Below are positions 19,622-26,800 of a DNA stretch of 50,603 nucleotides, piece after piece. Position 1 is the stretch's first letter, and each line of letters starts with the position of its first letter. Origin of the DNA: a virus. Taxonomy: Duplodnaviria > Caudoviricetes. The stretch spans positions 1-50,603 of IMG/VR virus record IMGVR_UViG_3300032309_001784, one strand, 5' to 3'. The notes under the pieces were generated by a model. That model searched no databases. It worked only from the letters and a program-made list of their open reading frames with translations, and was not told the origin of the DNA. The position numbers were made by a program, and so were the translations under genes.

Positions 19622-19765
19622 ATGCAACGGTTCTGGAATCGACTCTTCGAGCAGTTGGTGATGATCCGCCTGGGCCAGGAGCTCGGGACCGACTCCGACC
19701 TTGCCCAGACGATCGCCGGAGGCATCGACGTTTTCGTGCGAATGCTCGGCGTTTTCTTGTCTTGA
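19622..19765 (+). CDS. Small hypothetical protein
   Basis: RBS AAGGAGG; 47 aa. Confidence 0.55.
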   Translation: MQRFWNRLFEQLVMIRLGQELGTDSDLAQTIAGGIDVFVRMLGVFLS

Positions 19766-19859
19766 CGAACTAACGCTACGCACTACTCTAACTGACGCTA
19801 AGTGCCACAACAAATTTTCAGCACTGAACGCTTGACACACAAACGCGAAGAAATACATT
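19762..19859 (+). promoter_or_regulatory. Tandem promoters TTGACG-16-TACTCT (with AACTAACG box) and TTGACA-16-TACATT
   Basis: Hexamers at 19762/19784 and 19832/19854; variant box AACTGACG at 19790. Confidence 0.65.
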
Positions 19860-19922
19860 TCCCCTCAATCGAACCCCACGACTGAACGCGTGTTCACCAC
19901 TCGACAGAAAGGAATCCCCCAC

Positions 19923-20141
19923 ATGGACGCCCATTTTCCTGAATACGCCGCTGCCGCCGCAGCCCTCCACGAGCAAACGCCCTCCCCGATCCACGAGCCC
20001 GCAGTTGGTGACTTCGTGAGCGGCGTCACTGCCGGAAAGCGATGGGCGGGCCGCGTGCAGTGGGTCGCGGACGACGGCCGGATCTCGATCGAACTCGACG
20101 GCGGCTGGCTCTACGTGAGCAGCGGCGACATCACGCACTGA
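19923..20141 (+). CDS. Small hypothetical protein (SH3-like C-terminus)
   Basis: RBS GAAAGGA; PAVGDFVSG...WAGRVQWV...ISIEL. Confidence 0.6.
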   Translation: MDAHFPEYAAAAAALHEQTPSPIHEPAVGDFVSGVTAGKRWAGRVQWVADDGRISIELDGGWLYVSSGDITH

Positions 20142-20144
20142 AAC

Positions 20145-20218
20145 ACAGGAGAGGCGGTGGAACCGCCTGACGCAAGGACGCACGTGCCGTGGAGCCAGGA
20201 GGGCAAAGCGGCTTTTTA
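20145..20218 (+). ncRNA. Candidate CsrB/RsmZ-like GGA-hairpin RNA element
   Basis: Five GGA motifs in 74 nt, several in stem-loops, ending in a GCCG/CGGC stem plus TTTTT. Confidence 0.4.
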
Positions 20219-20255
20219 AGACGAACGGAAACGACAGAACGAAAGGGACTCGACA

Positions 20256-21188
20256 ATGGTTGCTATCAGAAAGGCCCGCCGCAGTGCCACGAAACTGCGG
20301 CTTCTCCTCACCAGCCCCAGCGGCGGCGGCAAGACCTACGGGGCGTTGCTGCTTGCGAAGGGTCTCGGCGGCAAGACCGTGGTGATCGACACCGAGGAGG
20401 GATCGTCCGACCTCTATGACACGCTCCACGATTTCGACGTGATCGACCTCAAACCGCCGTTCACCCCGGAACGCTACATCGAGGCGATCACGGCGGCAGA
20501 GGCCGCGGGCTATGGAGTGATCGTGATCGACAGCGTGACGCATTGCTGGAGCGGCCAGGGCGGCTGCCTCGAACTTTTGGACGACATCGCCAAGGCCCAG
20601 TTTCGCGGCAACACGTGGTCTGCCTTTTCGGTCATCACGCCACGCTGGCGGGCGTTCGTTGACGCGATCCTGCGAAGCCCGGCGCACGTGATCTGCACGG
20701 GCCGCAGCAAAACTGAGACGGCGCAAGTGGAGGACGGTGGGCGGAAAAAAGTGGCGAAACTCGGGATGAAGCTCGAAGCCCGCGACGGGCTTGAGTACGA
20801 GTTCACGGCGGTGCTTGATCTGATACACGACGGCCACTTCGCCACGGTCAGCAAGGATCGCACGGGCTTGTTTTGCGGCGACCCGAAGCCTATCAGCGTC
20901 GAGACCGGCAAGCGTCTCGCCGACTGGCTCGCGGGCGGCGCGGCGATTGCCACCGAGCCCGGCGTCACGCAGCAACAGCCGCAGAACGCCACGGTCGAAG
21001 CCCATCGGAAGAAGGCCGGCTGGCGCGACCGCGTCGCCCAGGCGGCGACGGTGGCCGAACTGAGCGCGATCTCTGACGAGGCGGATTTCGCCGTGTCCGC
21101 GGGCAAGCTCACCCACGAGCAACGCGACCAACTTGAGACGCTGATCGCCCAGCGTCACGAGACGATTGACGAGGCGTCGAGAACTTGA
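20256..21188 (+). CDS. AAA_24-family ATPase (Sak4-like recombination protein)
   Basis: Walker A SPSGGGKT, VIDTE, Walker B VIVIDSVTH, EYEFT. Confidence 0.85.
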   Translation: MVAIRKARRSATKLRLLLTSPSGGGKTYGALLLAKGLGGKTVVIDTEEGSSDLYDTLHDFDVIDLKPPFTPERYIEAITAAEAAGYGVIVIDSVTHCWSGQGGCLELLDDIAKAQFRGNTWSAFSVITPRWRAFVDAILRSPAHVICTGRSKTETAQVEDGGRKKVAKLGMKLEARDGLEYEFTAVLDLIHDGHFATVSKDRTGLFCGDPKPISVETGKRLADWLAGGAAIATEPGVTQQQPQNATVEAHRKKAGWRDRVAQAATVAELSAISDEADFAVSAGKLTHEQRDQLETLIAQRHETIDEASRT

Positions 21189-21231
21189 GTCTGAACGGAA
21201 CGAACCTCAACAACAACAGGAGAAGGAAGAG

Positions 21232-21702
21232 ATGGATTTCACGATCGACATTGCACCGCAGGCAGACAGCATCGACACCGCAGACCGGCCGCTCGTGCCG
21301 GCCGGCACGCACACGCTGACTATCCGCTCGGCGAGTGAAGGCCCGAACGAATACAAGCGAAGCGACGAGAACCCCGAGGGGCTCTGCCTCAAGTTGCGAC
21401 TCGCCTCCGACGGCAATCACAGGTTCGTTTTCGATGACCTCCCCGCTCACTTGGCGTGGCGTGCCCAGCAACTCGCCGCAGCGGTCGGGATCATTCCGGT
21501 GGACGGCAAACTCACGCTGCGGCCCGACGAGCTCGAAGGCCAGAAAGTGAGCGTGGAAATCACGCACTACACGTCGAAGGCCGGCAAGGTCAGCGCCGTG
21601 GTGAAGCGGTATCTGCCCGCTACTGCCACGCCGAAGGCGGTGAAGAGGAGCAACCTCGCCGCCGTGAACGCTGCGTTTCCCGATGACGACATCCCGTTCT
21701 GA
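21232..21702 (+). CDS. Single-stranded DNA-binding protein (DUF669-like)
   Basis: LVPAGTH...; acidic C-terminal DDDIPF tail; follows Sak4-like gene. Confidence 0.75.
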   Translation: MDFTIDIAPQADSIDTADRPLVPAGTHTLTIRSASEGPNEYKRSDENPEGLCLKLRLASDGNHRFVFDDLPAHLAWRAQQLAAAVGIIPVDGKLTLRPDELEGQKVSVEITHYTSKAGKVSAVVKRYLPATATPKAVKRSNLAAVNAAFPDDDIPF

Positions 21703-21713
21703 GGAGGCCACAC

Positions 21714-21971
21714 ATGAGCATCTTCGGCGACGACGAAGACGACGACCGGCACGCTGCGAATCGACGGTGGAACTCCTACCTCGATGAGATCGACGCCGAG
21801 ATCCGAGAGGAGCAAGCCCAACGGGCGACGTTCACCGCGGACATCGGCAATGTGTTAGAGCCCGACATCGTGATCAAGCCCGGGTCGCATCACGCGGCTG
21901 CGGCTGCGGCGGTCGGGCGTGAGGACGAGTACAGCAACCGAATGCGTCAGAAGTACGGAGGAGAGTGGTAG
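21714..21971 (+). CDS. Hypothetical protein
   Basis: Strong RBS GAGGAGG; 85 aa. Confidence 0.6.
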   Translation: MSIFGDDEDDDRHAANRRWNSYLDEIDAEIREEQAQRATFTADIGNVLEPDIVIKPGSHHAAAAAAVGREDEYSNRMRQKYGGEW

Positions 21972-22127
21972 ATGCCCTGGCACGACACGTGGACGCAGAT
22001 GAAACGGAAAAAGGCCCAGCCGCAGGGCCAGATTCGCCAATCGACTAGGGCGAAGCGGACGGTTCGCGGGAGTACCGACACCACCACCGCAGTGAAGGCT
22101 CGCAAACGACCTCCCTTGCCAGAGTGA
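21972..22127 (+). CDS. Small basic hypothetical protein
   Basis: ATG immediately after upstream stop; 51 aa MPWHDTWTQMKRKK... Confidence 0.4.
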   Translation: MPWHDTWTQMKRKKAQPQGQIRQSTRAKRTVRGSTDTTTAVKARKRPPLPE

Positions 22128-22176
22128 CTTCGCCGCCGGCCCGGCGTCACAGGGCTAATACACAAGGATGTGAACT

Positions 22177-22998
22177 ATGAAATCCCTCAACACCTTCTCT
22201 GAGATCGCCCCGCTCTACCTTGCCGAGCGCGTCGTCACCAAGCACTACGCCGCGAACGTGACTCGGGTCGCGGGCCGGGCCGGGCCGCTGTCGGTGGAAC
22301 GGATGAACCGCTACCTCACGAAGCGCGTCGAAGAGACGAGCGGGCTCACGACGCGATCGGAGCGGACGATCCTGCTCTCGCTCTGGAACTGGGGCTACCA
22401 GCGCGGGCTCGTCAAGGAAGCACCCCGCGGCGTGCTCAAGATGAAAGCCAGGCGGAAGCCGACGAAAGCGTGGACGGTGCCGCAACTGAAGGCGGTGCTT
22501 GATGCCGCGAAGGCGAAGACCGGCAAGAGGCTTCGCAGCGGTGCCGATCTCGGCGACCTCCTCGTGTGCTGGGTGCTCGTGGGCTACGAGTGCGGTGCCA
22601 GATTCGGCGACGTGATGAGTTTCACCCGCGACCATATCGACGGCGACACGCTCGCGTGGGTGCAGAGCAAGACGGGCGACCCGATCACCCGCCCGCTCAC
22701 GCCCGCGTGCCTCGACGCGATCGACAAGATGCTCGCGAAGTCGCCCGACGGGCGCATTCTCGGCTGGGCCTGCGGCCGGCGGATGGCGATGCGTTACATG
22801 CGCGAGCTCCTCGACTCGCTCGGAGTCGGCGGCTCCTCGAAGTGGTTGCGTCGCTCTGGAGCCACTCACTGCGAGATGGAAAAGGCCGGGGCCGGAAGGC
22901 TCCACCTGGGCCATCGGTCGCCAGCCCTCTTTGAACAAGCGTATTGCGATTGGTCTCAACTGCGGACGAAAACCCCGAGAACCCCTGCCCTCGTTTGA
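22177..22998 (+). CDS. Second tyrosine recombinase family protein
   Basis: CGARFGD (R), QSKTG (K), KWLRRSGAT, HLGH, QAY. Confidence 0.82.
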   Translation: MKSLNTFSEIAPLYLAERVVTKHYAANVTRVAGRAGPLSVERMNRYLTKRVEETSGLTTRSERTILLSLWNWGYQRGLVKEAPRGVLKMKARRKPTKAWTVPQLKAVLDAAKAKTGKRLRSGADLGDLLVCWVLVGYECGARFGDVMSFTRDHIDGDTLAWVQSKTGDPITRPLTPACLDAIDKMLAKSPDGRILGWACGRRMAMRYMRELLDSLGVGGSSKWLRRSGATHCEMEKAGAGRLHLGHRSPALFEQAYCDWSQLRTKTPRTPALV

Positions 22999-23011
22999 CT
23001 GGAGGCTTGGA

Positions 23012-23182
23012 ATGCCACCCCTCAACCGCGTACCCGTCGAACGGGTGCGACAACTGCTTGCCCAAGGCGTCACGGCGTCGGCGATCTGCCGCCGCCTGGC
23101 GATCAACAAGGGCTCGGTGTCGCAGATCAAGACACAGATGCAGAAGGAGTCGCAAGGATGCACGACTACCAGTTCGACGTGA
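23012..23182 (+). CDS. Small HTH protein
   Basis: RBS GGAGG; VRQLLAQGVTASAICRRLAINKGSVSQI. Confidence 0.65.
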   Translation: MPPLNRVPVERVRQLLAQGVTASAICRRLAINKGSVSQIKTQMQKESQGCTTTSST

Positions 23183-23469
23183 TCTCGCGCGTCGCTGATC
23201 TGCCGCTCTTTCGGGCGACCAACCCGGCGACATCACGGGCCGCTGCCGCCGAGGCGAAGAAGTTCCGCAGCCAGCACCACCGGCAGATCCTCGACGCACT
23301 CGCCGCTGGGCCGGCGGGGGCCAGCGGGATCGCGGCACGGTGCGGCATGGTCGCCCACCAGATCGGCAGGCGATTGCACGAGCTCGCCAAGGCTGGGCGG
23401 ATCGTGGAGACGGGCCGTGTGGTGAGGAGTGCGAGCGGGCGCGGGGAGCGTGAGTGGAGGGTGAAGTGA
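23158..23469 (+). CDS. Winged-helix DNA-binding protein
   Basis: FRATNPATSRAAA...QILDAL...IGRRLHELAKAGRIVETG...SGRGEREW. Confidence 0.7.
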   Translation: MHDYQFDVISRVADLPLFRATNPATSRAAAAEAKKFRSQHHRQILDALAAGPAGASGIAARCGMVAHQIGRRLHELAKAGRIVETGRVVRSASGRGEREWRVK

Positions 23470-23876
23470 TGCGACCCAACATCGACGAATACACGCGATA
23501 CATCGCTAGCCACCGCTGGGCTTGTAAGCGCGACGCTCGAAAGCAAATCGACGGCCATCGCTGCCAGACGTGCACGCACGACGGCACGCTCTGGAGGCTT
23601 GAGGTTCACCACAAGACATATGAACGATTTAAGGACGAGGACGTTGATCGCGACTTGATCACCCTATGCGTCCAGTGTCACGAAGCCGTGACGTGCGTAA
23701 TCCGGTCCCGTCGGTATGACGGCCAGCCGGTGCAAGTGTGTTTTGTTTCGGATGATTTTATTTCAAGAAAGGATGTGTCATATGGCATGGACGACTTTGA
23801 CCTACAAGATCACCGGAGACGCGCCGCTGATCATGCACAACGGCGATCTCGCAAACCCGTTGAGCAAGGCCGCTAA
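23469..23876 (+). CDS. HNH endonuclease-like protein adjacent to RAMP gene
   Basis: DGHRCQTC...LEVHHKTY...DLITLCVQCHEAV (CxxC-HH-CxxCH). Confidence 0.8.
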   Translation: MRPNIDEYTRYIASHRWACKRDARKQIDGHRCQTCTHDGTLWRLEVHHKTYERFKDEDVDRDLITLCVQCHEAVTCVIRSRRYDGQPVQVCFVSDDFISRKDVSYGMDDFDLQDHRRRAADHAQRRSRKPVEQGR

Positions 23877-24408
23877 GGCACTGAAGCAGGTTACATCGAA
23901 GAAGAAAAAGACGGACGCCGATTTTGAGCGGATGGCTGAAATCGAGTTCAAGGCTGGTCTCTACATCGACGAGGACCGCGGCCCGGTCATTCCCGGCGAG
24001 AATATCGAGGCCACGCTCTACAACGCGGCGAAGATCACGAAGGAAGGCAAGATTGCGAAGTCTGCATGCTTCGTTCCCAAGTCTGCGGTGCTTCAGTACG
24101 ACGGCCCGCGTGACGCTAACGGTCTCTGGCAGGAAGAACGCTTCCGCAACTGCGTCGGCGTGAAGGTTGGCATGAGCCGCGTGATGCGGACTCGACCGAT
24201 CTTCCACGATTGGTCGGCGATCGTCGAGGTCAAGTTTGAGGACTCGGTGGTGAACGAAGAGCAGGTCGATCGCTGGGTGCATGCGGCCGGCACGCAGGTC
24301 GGTCTCTGCGATTGGCGGCCCAGGTGCGGACGGTTCACCGCCGAGAAGGTGGCGAACACGACGCCGAAGAAGCGGAATGTTGCACCGGAGGCTGTCGGCG
24401 CGGCGTGA
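23782..24408 (+). CDS. Stand-alone Cas7/RAMP-like RNA-binding protein (Vipr-like effector candidate)
   Basis: 208 aa; N-terminal YKITGDAPLIMHNG, VIPGENIEATL (cf. RAMP IPGSSxKG), C-terminal Gly-loop AGTQVGLCDWRPRCGRF; RBS AGAAAGGA; repeat array begins 7 nt after the stop. Confidence 0.72.
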   Translation: MAWTTLTYKITGDAPLIMHNGDLANPLSKAAKALKQVTSKKKKTDADFERMAEIEFKAGLYIDEDRGPVIPGENIEATLYNAAKITKEGKIAKSACFVPKSAVLQYDGPRDANGLWQEERFRNCVGVKVGMSRVMRTRPIFHDWSAIVEVKFEDSVVNEEQVDRWVHAAGTQVGLCDWRPRCGRFTAEKVANTTPKKRNVAPEAVGAA

Positions 24409-24415
24409 TCAATTT

Positions 24416-25471
24416 GGCTTGGCACGGTTTGACTAATTATGTCCTGGCTCGCTTTGTCCAGGTCGGGCATGTCGGATCGCGGCTGACGCCCACTCTCGTG
24501 ATAGGCACGGCAGCACCTTCGACGGTGCGGAGTGGGATGGGACACGGTTAGTCATGGTGCGTCAAGTTGGGTTCGGGCGTGTTCCGGTGGTATCGGTTTG
24601 GGCTCGTTATGGAAACCTCTCTCGTGGTCGGCACGGTTGCGTCTTCAAGGGCGCGGAGAGGGATGCACTTAGTTAAGTGCTGGCTCATGTCGGTCAAGGC
24701 ATGTTCGGTCCTGTTCCGGTGGGTTTTGTTGTGGCAAGACTGGGCAAGGTTAGTCGAGTTATGGAAACCACCTGCACGGTCGGCGTGATTGCGGCTTCGA
24801 TGCCGCGAGGTGGGATGGGTCATGGCGTGTTGGGTTCGCGTTGTATGGGGCAATGTGGGTTCGGGCAATGCGTGTCATGTCATGGAAACCACCATCGTGC
24901 GGGCACGGAGGCCGATCGACGCGGCCGTGGTGGGATGTATCTAAGTGGTGCGTGGTTTGTCAGCGTCGGTTCAGTCAGTGCAAGGCAGGTTTCGTTCCGT
25001 TGTGGTTGGTCATGTTGTGTTCCGGTCTGGAAGGGCCAGTCACGGAAACCCCACCCGTGCAGGCACGGTTCCCGATCGACGCGGGAGGTGTGGGATGTGT
25101 CTGGTTGGTGCAAGGCACGGCACAGTGGGTTCCGCTGTGTTCCGGCGTGGCAGGTTTCTACCAAGCTCGTGCAGGCACGGGGCCGGATCAACGCCGGCGG
25201 CTTGGGGTGTATTAAGGCAAGGTCCGGTCGGGTTTGGTTTGTTGCGTTCTGTTCGGACACGGTCGAACGGGGCCGGTCAAGGCTGTGTAAGGCACGTCGG
25301 TGCTGGGTATCACAACCGCCATCGCGGTCGGCGCGGTGAGGCTTCGACGCCTCGTGGCGGGATGTCGCTCGGTCAGGTTTGGAATGTCATGGCAGGGCAG
25401 GTTTGTGGAATGTCTAGGCTTGGTTTCTTTGCCCTCGTGATAGGCACGAAGCCGCTTCGACGCGGCGGGGC
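24416..25471 (+). ncRNA. Array of 8 putative guide RNAs: 5-nt periodic (G-K-Y-N-N)n tract plus conserved three-way-junction hairpin
   Basis: Tracts at 24416, 24541, 24693, 24819, 24944, 25099, 25211, 25366; structured repeats at 24489-24536, 24616-24661, 24768-24813, 24889-24933, 25049-25093, 25161-25205, 25316-25360, 25431-25471, with compensatory stem changes. Confidence 0.85.
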
Positions 25472-25490
25472 GTAATTTCAAGGAGGAAAA

Positions 25491-26285
25491 ATGGCACGCC
25501 AAACAGTTGACCACTACATCCCGTTCTTTGGCCGCGACTTCTTGGCTGCTACAGCCGGATGGACCGCCGAAGAGCGAGGTCATTACGTGACGGCCTTGAT
25601 CGTCCAGTGGGAGCAGGGATCTATCCCAGACTCTCTTGAACGCCTAGAGATCATCTCGCCTGGAATCACGCGTACCTGGGCACTGCTTGAGTCGAAGTTC
25701 CCGGTATGCCGTGACGGCCGCCGCCGGAACCCTCGAATGGAGATTCATAGGGCGAAATCAGAGGCTCTAAAGGAAGCTCGCGTAGAGGCTGGCAGGGCTG
25801 GCGGGGAGGCGAATCAAGCAAACCGCAAGCAAACGGGCAAGCAAAACGGAAGCAAAACGCAAGCAAACGGGGTAGCAAACGGGGTAGCAAAACTGAAGCC
25901 TCCAACTCCAACTCCAACTCCAACTCCATCTCCTCCCCAAGAAAAACAATGCAGCGCACACACACCAGACGGCGAGGCGTGTTTTTCTGTTCAGGGGGAG
26001 GAAGAAGACACGTGGGAGTCGTTTGTCCGGTCGTGGAACGCCACTCACCGGGCCTGCCCGTGGACGCCGCTGGTTCCCCCGGCTGCGTGGGGCGACTTCG
26101 CCACGTCTGACGGGTGGCTGGGGCGAGCCGAGCAGGCGCTTGAGCGGCTGCCGGCGTGCGAGTGGTTCGACACGCCCGTGGCCCTGACGAAGTTCTTCGA
26201 GTACGTGGACCGGATTCTGGCCGGGGAGTTCGACAACCCCAAGCAGGGCCGGCGAGCACGGCAGCCCGCAGGAGGGAACCTGTGA
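25491..26285 (+). CDS. Replication initiator, DUF1376 (YdaU-like) N-terminal domain
   Basis: YIPFFGRDFLAATAGWTAEERGHYVTALIVQWEQG...RRNPRME; RBS AAGGAGG. Confidence 0.8.
   Translation: MARQTVDHYIPFFGRDFLAATAGWTAEERGHYVTALIVQWEQGSIPDSLERLEIISPGITRTWALLESKFPVCRDGRRRNPRMEIHRAKSEALKEARVEAGRAGGEANQANRKQTGKQNGSKTQANGVANGVAKLKPPTPTPTPTPSPPQEKQCSAHTPDGEACFSVQGEEEDTWESFVRSWNATHRACPWTPLVPPAAWGDFATSDGWLGRAEQALERLPACEWFDTPVALTKFFEYVDRILAGEFDNPKQGRRARQPAGGNL
25815..25893 (+). repeat. Putative replication-origin iterons (7 x AGCAAA(A)C) inside initiator gene
   Basis: Copies at about 25815, 25826, 25838, 25850, 25860, 25873 and 25885, spaced 10-13 bp. Confidence 0.65.
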
Positions 26286-26800
26286 GAACGTGGGAAGAAA
26301 ACAAGACGACGATCAACCAACTCTGGCCCCAATGCCGCTGGACCGGCGAGGAGGGCGAGCTCTGGCGTGGCGACCTGTCGCGGCTGGATCAGGACGTGCT
26401 CTATGACGCGATTCGCGACGTGAAGCGAAGCCACGACACGCTGTACCCACAACTTAAGTGGATGCTCGAAACCTACCGCGAACTTGCGGCGCTGAAGAAG
26501 AGCGCCGGCGTCACGAAGACCAGGGCAGAAGTCAAAATAAAACTCGACATCAACGATGAGGAGAATGCCAAGCTCGTTGACGACTGCATGAAAATGATTG
26601 ACGAATCAACACGGGCAGACTTTCCTAGTGTTGAGGAAACGGTTCTCAATCAACTGAAGCAGAAGAACGGGATCTACGCGAGTGCCGCCGTGCGACTTCT
26701 CCGCTACGCGAGGCGTCGGCTGCTCGGCCAGGAAGAGACATTCGGGCGCGTGGCGAAGGATGGGCGAATTGAGCCGATTTCACTTGGAGTAGACAAATGA
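26282..26800 (+). CDS. Hypothetical replication-associated protein (helicase-loader position)
   Basis: GTG coupled to initiator stop; synteny only. Confidence 0.5.
   Translation: MRTWEENKTTINQLWPQCRWTGEEGELWRGDLSRLDQDVLYDAIRDVKRSHDTLYPQLKWMLETYRELAALKKSAGVTKTRAEVKIKLDINDEENAKLVDDCMKMIDESTRADFPSVEETVLNQLKQKNGIYASAAVRLLRYARRRLLGQEETFGRVAKDGRIEPISLGVDK

Noticed and set aside
25099-25158. Unit 6 NN string read as codons (W/C-G-K/N-T-T-G-P-V-P) resembles integrase segment YGKVGPVP
   Set aside because: Needs an indel and only a few residues match; not distinguishable from chance without a search. No self-target was found by eye
24416-25471. Canonical CRISPR array
   Set aside because: The conserved modules share structure, not identical sequence; the intervening tracts are 5-nt periodic rather than foreign-looking spacers; no adaptation or other cas genes are present
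24489-25471. True tRNA genes
   Set aside because: Modules are only about 41-48 nt and lack an anticodon arm and CCA end; treated as tRNA-like mimics
24548-25583. ORFs across the array (e.g. 24677..25339, 24841..25215, 24945..25475 and antisense ORFs)
   Set aside because: Low-complexity Gly/Val/Trp/Cys-rich translations produced by the pentamer repeat; several overlapping frames, no RBS, and a 5-nt period does not fit codon structure
25901-25933. CCAACT tandem repeat
   Set aside because: Encodes a PTPTPTPSP linker in the initiator; ordinary low-complexity coding sequence
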